Below, one piece after another: positions 9,949 through 18,489 of a stretch of 64,000 bases of DNA (within the stretch, counting starts at the first letter, position 1; each line of letters starts with the position of its first letter). The notes beneath the pieces are model-generated. The model was not told the DNA's origin. It searched no databases and was given only the letters and a program-made list of their open reading frames with translations. The stretch is from an uncultured Actinomycetes bacterium. Lineage in GTDB: Bacteria; Actinomycetota; Thermoleophilia; UBA2241. Both the position numbers and the translations under genes were made by a program. The stretch spans positions 1 through 64,000 of the forward strand of contig CAVRZA010000011.1 in assembly GCA_963725665.1 (NCBI GenBank), read 5' to 3'.

Positions 9949-10248
9949 ATGTTTCTTGTAGTGCAGCATACGGTGCGCGACTACGACGCCTGGAAGCCCG
10001 TGTTCGACGAGCACGAGAGCGTGCGCGCCAAGTACGGCGCCCAGGGTCACACGATCTACCGCGATGCCGACAAGCCCAACGACGTCACCATCTTCAACAG
10101 GTTCGAGTCGCGCGAGCGGGCCGAGGAGTTCGCGCGCGATCCGTCGCTGCCCGAGGCCATGCAGCGCGGCGGCGTCATCGGTGAGCCGCGCATCACGTGG
10201 GTGGAAGAGGCGGAGACCGCCTCGTACGCAGGGCGTCGCGCGGCGTAG
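9949..10248 (+). CDS. Small ferredoxin-fold ABM/cyclase-like protein
   Basis: HTV.DYDAWKPVFDEH...MQRGGV.GEP pattern; AGAGGAG SD. Confidence 0.7.
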   Translation: MFLVVQHTVRDYDAWKPVFDEHESVRAKYGAQGHTIYRDADKPNDVTIFNRFESRERAEEFARDPSLPEAMQRGGVIGEPRITWVEEAETASYAGRRAA

Positions 10249-10383
10249 CCGTCGCGCAGCGCAGCCTTACCGCGGCGACCAGGATGGCCGCCCGGCGGGC
10301 GCCCCATCCTGGTCGCCGCCGCGTATTCGATCCCCTGCCAGTGGTAGTGTGAGCAAGTCACTTCCCGGCGGAGGAGCTCGACC

Positions 10384-11322
10384 TTGGCGTACGAGTATCG
10401 GGAGCTACCGGAGTTCTCGTGGTCGCCGAGCAGGCAACGACTGCTCGACGATTGTCCGCGCGCCTACTTCTACCGCTACTACCTCTCGTGGAACGGCTGG
10501 CTCGACGATCCCCCCGCCGACGCGCGGGAGGCCTACCGCCTGGGCAAGCTGACCGGTCTCGACGCCCTCTTCGGCCTCGAGATCGACAAACGCGCCCTCG
10601 AGCTCGAACGGTGTGCTCGTCAGGGCCTCGCGCCGCCGCCGCTCGACGAGATGGAGCACCGCACCCGCGAGACCCTGAACGATGCCTGGCGGTCCTCGAA
10701 GCGCCAGAGGCAGCAGTTCGACGCCCGCCCGAAGCAGGTCACGATGCTCCGCGCCCTCTACCTCGGCCAGGACACGGCCGGCGAGGTCCAGAGAGTCGAG
10801 CAGCGACTGCGCCCCGCTCTCGAGAACCTGGCCTCACGCGAGCACTGGCTGCGCCTCGCCGAATGCGGCGCCGACGGCAAGGTCGAGCTGCCGGAGTTCG
10901 CCTCGTTCTCGGTCGATGGGACCAAGGTCTTCGCCTTGCCCGACCTCGCCTACGTCCATCGCGGGACCTTGCACGTCATCGACTGGAAGAGCGGACGGCG
11001 CAGTGAAGCGCACCAGACGCAGGTCCTGCTGTCGTCGTTCTGGGCGCTCGCGACGCCGGCCGGACGCGAGGCGACGGCGACCACGGGACACCTCGAGTAC
11101 CTCGCCGAGGGAGCCGAAGTGATCGTGGACATCCCCGCAGACCTCGCCGAGCGGGTCTCCACCATCGTTCAGGCGGGCGTGCAGGAGATGCGCGCGCTCC
11201 TGCGCGACCCCGCGAGCAACGCCCCTCTCGACAGGGAGAGCTTCGTACCGCGCGAGTCGGGTCTCTGCAGGACCTGCAACTTCCTGCCTCTGTGTGGGCG
11301 TCATCGGCAGGCCGAGGGGTAG
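10384..11322 (+). CDS. PD-(D/E)XK nuclease family protein, Cas4/AddB-like with 4-Cys cluster motif
   Basis: WSPSR...CPRAYFYRY; PD..VIDWKSG; C-terminal CRTCNFLPLC; GGAGGAG SD before TTG. Confidence 0.8.
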   Translation: MAYEYRELPEFSWSPSRQRLLDDCPRAYFYRYYLSWNGWLDDPPADAREAYRLGKLTGLDALFGLEIDKRALELERCARQGLAPPPLDEMEHRTRETLNDAWRSSKRQRQQFDARPKQVTMLRALYLGQDTAGEVQRVEQRLRPALENLASREHWLRLAECGADGKVELPEFASFSVDGTKVFALPDLAYVHRGTLHVIDWKSGRRSEAHQTQVLLSSFWALATPAGREATATTGHLEYLAEGAEVIVDIPADLAERVSTIVQAGVQEMRALLRDPASNAPLDRESFVPRESGLCRTCNFLPLCGRHRQAEG

Positions 11323-11371
11323 CGACGTTCGGCGAATCCGGTCGGGAGGGCCTCCCCGCCGGCGAGGCTTC

Positions 11372-12442
11372 TCAACGACCGCGCACGGTGACCTGTACGG
11401 TCTGGACGGCGTTGTTGCCCATCCCCTGGTAGTTCCAGGGTTGTTCGAGAGGCTGCGTGCCCCCGCGGGCGTCGGTCGCCCGGCACGAAAGGACGTGATC
11501 GCCCGGCGCGGCCCTCCACACGTACCGCCACCCGCGCCAGGCGAACTCACCCACCGGTCGCTCCATAGTCGCGTCTTCCCAGGCGCCGTCCACCCCGACC
11601 TCGACCCGCTCGACCCTCCCTTCACCGCTCCAGGCACGTCCGCGCACCAGGACGTCACTGGCGTCGACGAAGCGCCGACGGGTCAGGAAGTCGGGATACC
11701 CCGGCGGGATCATCAGGGCGCGCACGCGGATGCGCCCGACGACCTCCCCGGCGTCTTCCTCCTCCTGCTGGTAGCGGTAGGCGACCGCCTGCTGGTAGCC
11801 CTCGAAGGGCTCGGTCAGCGCCTCGATGCGCGCGAGCCATTTCACGCTCGCCATGCCGTACCACCCCGGGACCACGAGGCGCAGGGGCGCGCCGTGCTGG
11901 GGCTCGAGCGGGCGGCCGTTCATCTCGTAGGCGAGCAAGACCTCCGGACGCGTCGCATCGGCCAGGGGGAGGCTACGCGCGAAGTCGTGCTCGACGTCGC
12001 CCTGGACCCCGTGATCGGCGCCCGTGAAGGCGACCTCGACAGTGCCCGCGTGAACGCCGGCCAGCGCCAGGACGTCGCGCAGGGGGGCACCCGTCCAGAC
12101 CGCGGTGCCGATCGCCTCCACGAGCCAAGGCTGGCTCACGGGCCGCGGCTTTAGCCTCGCGCGGCCGTTTCCGGCGCACTCCATCGTGACCGGCATCGTG
12201 CTGGAGGGAAGGGCTCGCAACTCCCGCAGCGTGACCGACCGCGGCGCGTCCACGTTGCCGCCGATCGCCAGGCGCCAAGTCGCCTCGTCGACGTCGGGGA
12301 TGTCGAAATGGACGAGCAGGTAGTGCATGCCGGTGGGGGTGATGTCGTGGCGGAGCGCCTCGAGGGGCATGCCGCGGTTGCGCGTCGCGAGCTGAAGCTC
12401 CTCGGCAGTCAGTGGACCTTCGGTCGGACTCGTCCCGCCCAT
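11372..12442 (-). CDS. Sulfite oxidase family molybdopterin-dependent oxidoreductase
   Basis: MECAGNGR (Mo-ligand Cys), AYEMNG.PL...HGAPLRLVVPGWYGMASVKWL, C-terminal dimerisation domain; no signal peptide. Confidence 0.9.
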   Translation of the reverse strand: MGGTSPTEGPLTAEELQLATRNRGMPLEALRHDITPTGMHYLLVHFDIPDVDEATWRLAIGGNVDAPRSVTLRELRALPSSTMPVTMECAGNGRARLKPRPVSQPWLVEAIGTAVWTGAPLRDVLALAGVHAGTVEVAFTGADHGVQGDVEHDFARSLPLADATRPEVLLAYEMNGRPLEPQHGAPLRLVVPGWYGMASVKWLARIEALTEPFEGYQQAVAYRYQQEEEDAGEVVGRIRVRALMIPPGYPDFLTRRRFVDASDVLVRGRAWSGEGRVERVEVGVDGAWEDATMERPVGEFAWRGWRYVWRAAPGDHVLSCRATDARGGTQPLEQPWNYQGMGNNAVQTVQVTVRGR

Positions 12443-12488
12443 GGGCGCACTATTGACGCGAACGCGGACGATCCAAACGCTGCGGCGC

Positions 12489-13907
12489 CTAGCGAGCGAC
12501 CGAGACCAGGGCGGAGCCCAGCCCGGAGGTCAGCTTCGAGCTGCGCAACTCGACCGTCACGATCGGGATCCCATACTTCTCGGGCACGTACGTGCCCAGC
12601 GAGCCGGTGATGTAGCTCTCGTAGCTCAGACGACCCAGCGGCAGACCGCAGAGCCGGGCCATGCGACCACCCAGGTCCCGCGAGCCGGGACCTTCGCAGA
12701 TGAGGATCCCGGCGCGGGAGTGCAGGCTCACCGCCGCCCTGAAGCGGCCGTTTTTGAGCAGCGCGAGAAGCGCTTTCGTCTCGGGCTCAGAGCCACGGCT
12801 GCTGCCACCCGTGAGGGTCGACCCCGCCGGCTCGCTCGCCGGATAGAGCCTGCTTCGCCAGTCGCGCGTGGGCAGGTTGCGGTTCAGGTCGACGTGCCGC
12901 ACGTTGCCGCGCATGTGGCGGACGAGGCCGTCGGGGTTGAGACAGCGGACGACCTCGATGCGCGCACCGAAGGGCACGGCCTTCGGATGCGCTGCGAGGT
13001 ACGACACGAAGCGCGCCGCCACGGCCGCCCCAGACTCGTTGCCGTGCGCGCCGCCGACGTACAGGACGCGCCGAGCTCCCGACCCGAAACGGGTCGCGAC
13101 GATGGCGCGTCCCCGCACCGAGCGGCCGACCGTTCGCCACCACGGTCCCTTCGCGAAGACTCTGAGCGAGGCGGCGACGACTTGTGTGTTGCCGGCCTCG
13201 TCCCTGGCCGTGAGGCGGATGCCGTAGGTGTCCTGAGAGTAGGGCCGCCACTTGGCGGTGAACCACGCCCCCGCCGGCCGGGAGGTCCAGGAGAAGCGCT
13301 TCACGACCAGGCCGTGGCCGTCGGTGACGACGAGGCGCACGGTGGTCGCCGTGGCGCTCAGAGCGTCCGAGATGCGGTACGAGAACGCGAAAGCGACTCC
13401 GGCAGCGCCGCCCGCTGCCGTGAGCTCCGTGACCGGCCCGCCGGTGTCGATCTTCACGGCACAGGTCTGGGGCGCCTCGACGTTGCCGGCGTTGTCGACG
13501 GAGTAGTAGCTCACCATGTGAGGGCCGTCGTTTGTGTGATCGGCCGAAGCCGGGATGGTGACGCTCGTCCCCGCCACAGAGGGGCCCCCGTCGAGGGCGT
13601 AGTAGGTGACGGCCACGCCGGAGCCGCCGGGCTCATCGGCCGAAGCGAAGGTGAGCGTGACGGGCGCGTTGTGCCACAGGTCGTCGCCGCCAAGGACCTC
13701 CGTCGTCGGCGACGTGGTGTCGGCCGCCGGCGTCGCCTCCGCCACGGGCGCCGCGTCCGCAGCCGGCGCCGCGCCGGCCCTTGCCGGCTGCGGAGATACC
13801 GAGGCGGCGAGCAGCGCGAGAGTCGTCAACAGCAGGACCGCGGCGAGCGCGAGCCCAAGTCGAGCCGAGGAAGAACGACACGCGTGCCGCTGTCCGATCC
13901 CTGCCAT
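12489..13907 (-). CDS. Secreted M14 zinc carboxypeptidase (MpaA-like murein peptide amidase) with N-terminal Ig-like domains
   Basis: Signal peptide; YYSVDNAGNVE Ig repeat; GGAHGNE, LNPDG, N.RHVDLNRN, SEPET, SLHS, TVE motifs. Confidence 0.85.
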   Translation of the reverse strand: MAGIGQRHACRSSSARLGLALAAVLLLTTLALLAASVSPQPARAGAAPAADAAPVAEATPAADTTSPTTEVLGGDDLWHNAPVTLTFASADEPGGSGVAVTYYALDGGPSVAGTSVTIPASADHTNDGPHMVSYYSVDNAGNVEAPQTCAVKIDTGGPVTELTAAGGAAGVAFAFSYRISDALSATATTVRLVVTDGHGLVVKRFSWTSRPAGAWFTAKWRPYSQDTYGIRLTARDEAGNTQVVAASLRVFAKGPWWRTVGRSVRGRAIVATRFGSGARRVLYVGGAHGNESGAAVAARFVSYLAAHPKAVPFGARIEVVRCLNPDGLVRHMRGNVRHVDLNRNLPTRDWRSRLYPASEPAGSTLTGGSSRGSEPETKALLALLKNGRFRAAVSLHSRAGILICEGPGSRDLGGRMARLCGLPLGRLSYESYITGSLGTYVPEKYGIPIVTVELRSSKLTSGLGSALVSVAR

Positions 13908-13984
13908 CGAGCTCCCCTTGTGGCCTAACGTACGTCGCCGGCACTCCAGCCCGTCCGCTTCGGCAGGGGGGCCGGCGGTTTGCG

Positions 13985-14027
13985 GGGTGAGGGCGGGGGG
14001 CGGCGGAGCCGCCCCCCGCCCTCACCC
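13985..14027 (-). terminator. Long hairpin immediately downstream of the cytochrome gene
   Basis: GGGTGAGGGCGGGGGGCGGC-gga-GCCGCCCCCCGCCCTCACCC, 20-bp perfect stem. Confidence 0.65.
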
Positions 14028-14029
14028 GA

Positions 14030-15271
14030 CTACTTCACACTGAACTTGACCCACTTCGTCGTGGCGGCGGTGTGGGTGAGCGATGCAGCGATCGTGGCCC
14101 TCACGTGGAAAGCGCCCCTCCTGAGCGGCCAGTAGGTCCAGCGGTACGTGCCTGTAGCCTCGGAGACGACCGAGTGCGTCTTCACCGTCACCCACGCCCC
14201 ACCGATCCATCGCTGCACCCGGAGGGTGACCTTGCCGCCGGCGAGGCCGAGGGGGGCGAGCAGACCGGAGGCCTTGACGCTTCTCCCCAGCAAGAGCGAC
14301 GTGGGAGCCACCTTGAGGGTGATCTCGGCCGCACTGACGACGGTGAAACTCTTGGCGCTGGCGGCGGTGCCACCGGGCGTGGTGACGGCAATCGGGCCCG
14401 TCGCCGCCCCAACCGGCACCGTCACCGTGATCGCCGTGTCGGAGACGACGGTGAACGCCGGCGCCGGCGTGCCGTTGAAGGCGACCGCGGAGGCGCCCGT
14501 GAGACCGGCGCCGGTCACCGTCACCTGGCCGCCCACGACGCCCGAGGTCGGAAAGATGTTCGCGATGGTCGGCGCAGGCGGCGGCACGACGACGACGAAG
14601 CTCTGGGCGCTCGTTCCGTTGCCGCCGGCACTGTACACGGCGATCGCACCCGACGTGGCTCCCACCGGCACGGTGGCCGTGATCTGCGTGTCAGAGACGA
14701 CCACGAACTGTGCGAGCACGCCGTTGAACGTGACCACGGCGGCGCGGGCGAAGCCCGTGCCGGTCAAGGTCACCTCACTCCCCACAACACCCGACGCCGG
14801 CGAGAAGCTCGCGACGACCGGCGCCGGCACAGTGTGATGCGCGCCGCCGTTAGGGGCCGTCGCCGACGCGGTCAGCGGATGGCACATCGTGCAAGCCGTC
14901 GAGCGGCCCGGGTGTGCAGTGTGGGTGATGCTCGTACCGTCGGTCAGGTGACAGGTGGCGACACAAGAGGCGTCGTTGCGGGCGCCGCTCGTGTCCTGAC
15001 CAGGGAGGTGACAGACCCAGCACGTCCGCGAGGGTTTCGGCACCTCGTAGCCGGTGTGGCAGGTGATGCAGGGCTGGTTCGTCGGCCTCCGGTCGGTGTG
15101 GTTGTCCTGGTGGCACGTCCCGCAATCGTCGATGCCGGCGTGCTCGTAGGTCGCATGCGCCGACGCTTGCTGAGCGGCGATCCCCAACGCAGCGACAAAG
15201 GTCAGCGCCATGACCAGCGCGAGCAGAGGACGGCCCAGGCGACGGCGGGCGCGAGCGCTGTCCTTGTCCAC
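14030..15271 (-). CDS. Secreted multiheme c-type cytochrome with two IPT/TIG domains and a basic C-terminal Ig-like domain
   Basis: Signal peptide (..QASA); CGTCH, CITCH, CWVCH, CVATCH, CTMCH; two P.I..F.P.SG..G..VT.TG IPT repeats. Confidence 0.85.
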   Translation of the reverse strand: MDKDSARARRRLGRPLLALVMALTFVAALGIAAQQASAHATYEHAGIDDCGTCHQDNHTDRRPTNQPCITCHTGYEVPKPSRTCWVCHLPGQDTSGARNDASCVATCHLTDGTSITHTAHPGRSTACTMCHPLTASATAPNGGAHHTVPAPVVASFSPASGVVGSEVTLTGTGFARAAVVTFNGVLAQFVVVSDTQITATVPVGATSGAIAVYSAGGNGTSAQSFVVVVPPPAPTIANIFPTSGVVGGQVTVTGAGLTGASAVAFNGTPAPAFTVVSDTAITVTVPVGAATGPIAVTTPGGTAASAKSFTVVSAAEITLKVAPTSLLLGRSVKASGLLAPLGLAGGKVTLRVQRWIGGAWVTVKTHSVVSEATGTYRWTYWPLRRGAFHVRATIAASLTHTAATTKWVKFSVK

Positions 15272-15372
15272 TGATCCCCCAGGTTCGCTTTCACGGTGAG
15301 ATGAAGAGTCTCTCTGCTCCGCCCGTTACGTGCAACCGGCCAGACAAAAGGAGAGGGGATCGCCTCCTCGGC

Positions 15373-16061
15373 TCAACCCAGCGCCGACAGCTCGCGGCAG
15401 GCGTGGCTGAAATCGTCCAGGGGGCGCCACGCGATACCTTCGCGGTCGCAGAGGCGCGCGAGGCGCGCGCGGGCGAAGACCACGTCGGCCTCGCGCGCCA
15501 TGCAAAGGTCGCGGCTGCCGTGGCCGAAGGCAAGCACGGTGTCTCCTTCTCTTCGCAGCCGGCGCACCACCGCCCCCTTGCAGCGCCCAGGACCGCAGAC
15601 GGGGCAGTCTCCGTAGGCGTCGTGAAGCTCGAGCCTGAAGCCGACCTCAAGATCGCCGAGCAGCTCGCCGGCGAACACGGGTATCGCGGCGAGCTGCTCG
15701 CGCCGCCAGACCGTTGCGATCCCCTCGCGGAAGCCGACGGTCACGACGGCGGCCCGCCCGCCTCCGCCGAGCAAGCGATCCAAGAACTCGCAAAGCCGCC
15801 ACGCAGGACGGCGGACTCGGCGAACTCGCCCAGGATCCGCGCGCGCGGGATCTTCAGCATAGCGACCGCCTCCGCCAGCGCCGCCGCCTGGGACAGTCGG
15901 CCGCCACGCACGGCCTCGACCAGACTGGGCCATGCCGTCACATGGCGACGCAGGAGGGTCTCCATGCAATCGCTGGACGTGATCGTGCCGTCGAAATCCA
16001 TGACCGCCAGGACCCGCCGATAACCGGCGGCGATCGCGGTCGCGGCATCCTCTTCGCTCAT
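15373..16061 (-). CDS. HAD-IB family phosphatase (MtnX-like); frameshift near 15792
   Basis: MDFDGTIT motif I in ORF 15741-16061; CPVCGPGRCK, GHGSRDLCMAREADVVFAR in ORF 15373-15969. Confidence 0.8.
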
Positions 16062-16323
16062 GGTCGCTCCTATCCTGTGCGCGGCGCCTCAGGTACTGCG
16101 AGCGTTTCGGCGCCGGGACCGGCAGTACGAACGTGCCACACGCGCCGGCGTCAGGTTCACGTCCGTCTGTCCCCTCATGTTCATGAGCAACCCCCTGGCG
16201 AGGAGAAAGGCCGTGGTCACCAACTCCAACAAGCTACGGACCTATTCCATAGCCCGTTTCTTCCTGGACGACGACGTGTTGGACATCCTCATCGGAGGCC
16301 GGCCGCAGGCAGACCGAGCATGA
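16060..16323 (+). pseudogene. C-terminal remnant of an aconitase X catalytic subunit (DUF521)
   Basis: GVRFTSVCPLMFMSNPL...VVTNSNKLRTYS.ARFF resembles the AcnX large-subunit C-terminus; its stop overlaps the DUF126 start (ATGA). Confidence 0.6.
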
Positions 16324-16763
16324 GCAAGACATTCCATGGCAGGCCGGTGCTGGCCGGAGACCTGAGCGGCGAGGCCTTGGTCACGCACCGTCCCTTCAAC
16401 ACACTGGCCAGCTTCCTGAGAAGCCTGACGACGGGCTCCAGGACGGCCGTCTGTTCGGATCAGGACAACCCCGAGCTGCACGGCAAGATACTCACCGGCA
16501 AGCTCCTCTGCCTCCCGCAGACCATCGGCTCGACTGCGGCGGGGCTGGCCCTGGAGACGGCAGCGCACAGGGGAGTCGCTCCGCGGGCCATGTTGTTCTC
16601 AGAGCCCATCGACACTCTGGCCGCATCCGGGGTCATCCTCGCCGACGTCTGGCTGGGCAAGAGGATCGTCGTCGTGGACCGGTTGGGCCAGGAGTTCCTG
16701 GAGTACGTCCGCGACGGCCAGCGCCTCGAGGTGCGCGCAGACGGAACGGTGATCGCGGGGTAG
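16320..16763 (+). CDS. Aconitase X swiveling subunit (DUF126)
   Basis: F.GRPV.AG...GEALVT...FNTLAS, CSDQDNPEL.GK.LTGK.LCLPQTIGST, IDTLAASGVILADVW. Confidence 0.85.
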   Translation: MSKTFHGRPVLAGDLSGEALVTHRPFNTLASFLRSLTTGSRTAVCSDQDNPELHGKILTGKLLCLPQTIGSTAAGLALETAAHRGVAPRAMLFSEPIDTLAASGVILADVWLGKRIVVVDRLGQEFLEYVRDGQRLEVRADGTVIAG

Positions 16764-16841
16764 CTGCGCCTGTGGAGAGACCTGCGTCGGCGAGTGGCGA
16801 GGCCGCCTGAAAGGACGCTCACGCTCCCGCGGCGGCGCTTC

Positions 16842-17351
16842 TCACCACACGAACGGGATGAAGCGCCGCGGCACCTCACGTCGGTACTCGCCGTACTCGG
16901 CGTGCTGCTCCGCCAGCCAGGCCTCCTCCCGGTGCCGCTTGGCCTCGAGAAAGGGGATCGCCAGCGCCGCCGGTATGCACGCGAACGGCGACGAGACGAG
17001 CGCCCAGGCCCAGACGAGAAGCAGCGCACCACCGTACATGGGGTGACGGACGTGTCGGTAGGCGCCCTCGCGCTTGAGGCTTCCCCCGCCCTGTGGCCGC
17101 GGAAAGGGCGTGATCTGGCCGCTAAGGCCGCGCAAGCCGGCCGCCATCAGGGCTGCTCCCGCCAGGAGCAGCGGGATGGCGGCCGCGACACGCGGCCCTC
17201 TCGTCACGCGCGGCCAGCGCGGGCCTTTGCGGCCCGCCAACAGAGCGAGTCCGATGAGCCCGACCTGCAGGGCGACCCAGCCCTCCCCTCGCGGGCCCAG
17301 CGACGGTAGATCACGACGCGCGGCCGAGCCGGCAGGCACCTCTGTGCTCAT
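16842..17351 (-). CDS. Isoprenylcysteine carboxylmethyltransferase/PEMT family membrane protein
   Basis: RGEGWVALQ, TPFPRP..L..G.YRHVRHPMY.G, EE.WL...Y.EY...VPRRFIP. Confidence 0.85.
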   Translation of the reverse strand: MSTEVPAGSAARRDLPSLGPRGEGWVALQVGLIGLALLAGRKGPRWPRVTRGPRVAAAIPLLLAGAALMAAGLRGLSGQITPFPRPQGGGSLKREGAYRHVRHPMYGGALLLVWAWALVSSPFACIPAALAIPFLEAKRHREEAWLAEQHAEYGEYRREVPRRFIPFVW

Positions 17352-17513
17352 CCCTGCCCCCGATCAGTCGGTAAGGGAATGCGGTCGCAGCATACGGCAC
17401 GTCCGGCGATGCGTCGAGCCGCTCCCACTGCCGCCGCACAGCCGAGGGGGGTGCGATGAAACACATCGCGGTGCCAAGGCGCGCGAGACCAGAATCGCGC
17501 GGCTGGGACCCCC

Positions 17514-17660
17514 CTATTCGTCGTTGTGCCTGAACCGGCGCAGCACGCGCTCGTCGTTGCGCCTGCGCGGCGGGCGGTGCCGGCTGCGCTCCTCGGCCTT
17601 TCTGTTGACCTCTGCGATGAACTGACGGACCAGGTCTGGAGCGAGATACGGGTGCATCAT
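17514..17660 (-). CDS. Small basic hypothetical protein (48 aa)
   Basis: Strong SD CAGGAGGTGG before ATG; MMHPYLAPDLVRQFIAEVNRKAEERSRHR... Confidence 0.5.
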   Translation of the reverse strand: MMHPYLAPDLVRQFIAEVNRKAEERSRHRPPRRRNDERVLRRFRHNDE

Positions 17661-17725
17661 CCACCTCCTGCGCTGACGTGCGCTCTTGCCTCTGTCGCCG
17701 GCGAGAAGCCTCGTCATCGCCTTGG

Positions 17726-17816
17726 GTCACCTGTGAAGCACTGATGCAGGTGACGTTACCGGTCACACAGTTTTGCACGTAACGCGTCACTTGTAAAGCG
17801 TTTTTGGTGGTATACT
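17726..17816. promoter_or_regulatory. AT-rich divergent promoter region with repeated GTCAC/GTGAC boxes and extended -10 (TGGTATACT)
   Basis: GTCACCTG(17726)..CAGGTGAC(17747) inverted repeat, further GTCAC at 17762 and 17786, TATACT at 17811-17816. Confidence 0.5.
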
Positions 17817-17825
17817 CCTGACGAG

Positions 17826-18410
17826 ATGACAACGACACGCAGACAAGCGCCGGGAGACCTCGAGATGGTGCGCGCCTTCGTCAACACGCGCGACGTAGAG
17901 GAGGAAACGGATTCGCTGAGCGACCCCGAGGGGCTGCGCGACTGGCTGGCCGCCCAGGGGCTGATCGAAGGCGACGCGCCGGTGCGGGCCGACGATGTGG
18001 CCCTCGCGCACGACGTGCGCGAGGCCCTTCGCGCCCTGCTGCTCTGCAACAATGAAGGCTGCGACCCGGAGCCTGAGGTCGTCCTGGCGCTCAACGATGC
18101 AGCCACGCTGGCCCAGTTGTCGGTGCGCTTCCACGAGGACGGCTCGGCGCACCTCGAACCCACGGTGCCGGGCGTTCGCGGCGCCCTGGGGCGCCTGTTG
18201 GCGATGGTCTACGGCTCGCGGCGGGAGGGAAGCTGGGATCGCCTCAAGGTCTGCCGCAGCGACACCTGTCAGTGGGCCTTCTTCGACGAGAGCAAGAACC
18301 GCTCGCGCCACTGGTGCAGCATGGCCGTGTGCGGCAGCCAGTCGAAGGCGCGCGCTTACCGGCGCCGCCAGTCACAGCGGCGCGGCGGCTTGGTCGAGCC
18401 CCGGTCGTAG
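17826..18410 (+). CDS. CGNR zinc finger / ABATE domain protein (putative regulator)
   Basis: FVNT..., RLKVCRSDTCQWAFFDESKNRSRHWCSMAVCGSQSKARAYRRR. Confidence 0.9.
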   Translation: MTTTRRQAPGDLEMVRAFVNTRDVEEETDSLSDPEGLRDWLAAQGLIEGDAPVRADDVALAHDVREALRALLLCNNEGCDPEPEVVLALNDAATLAQLSVRFHEDGSAHLEPTVPGVRGALGRLLAMVYGSRREGSWDRLKVCRSDTCQWAFFDESKNRSRHWCSMAVCGSQSKARAYRRRQSQRRGGLVEPRS

Positions 18411-18489
18411 CGACGCGGCGGCGCGGGGGGACCTGACGGTTCGGACGCGCGGTTGCGCGGTCGCCCGCGCGCCTTGATACACTCACGGC

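Noticed and set aside
17370-17450. Cobalamin riboswitch-like words (AAGGGAATGCGGT...CCCACTG)
   Set aside because: Lacks the remaining conserved core and is on the strand opposite the flanking genes
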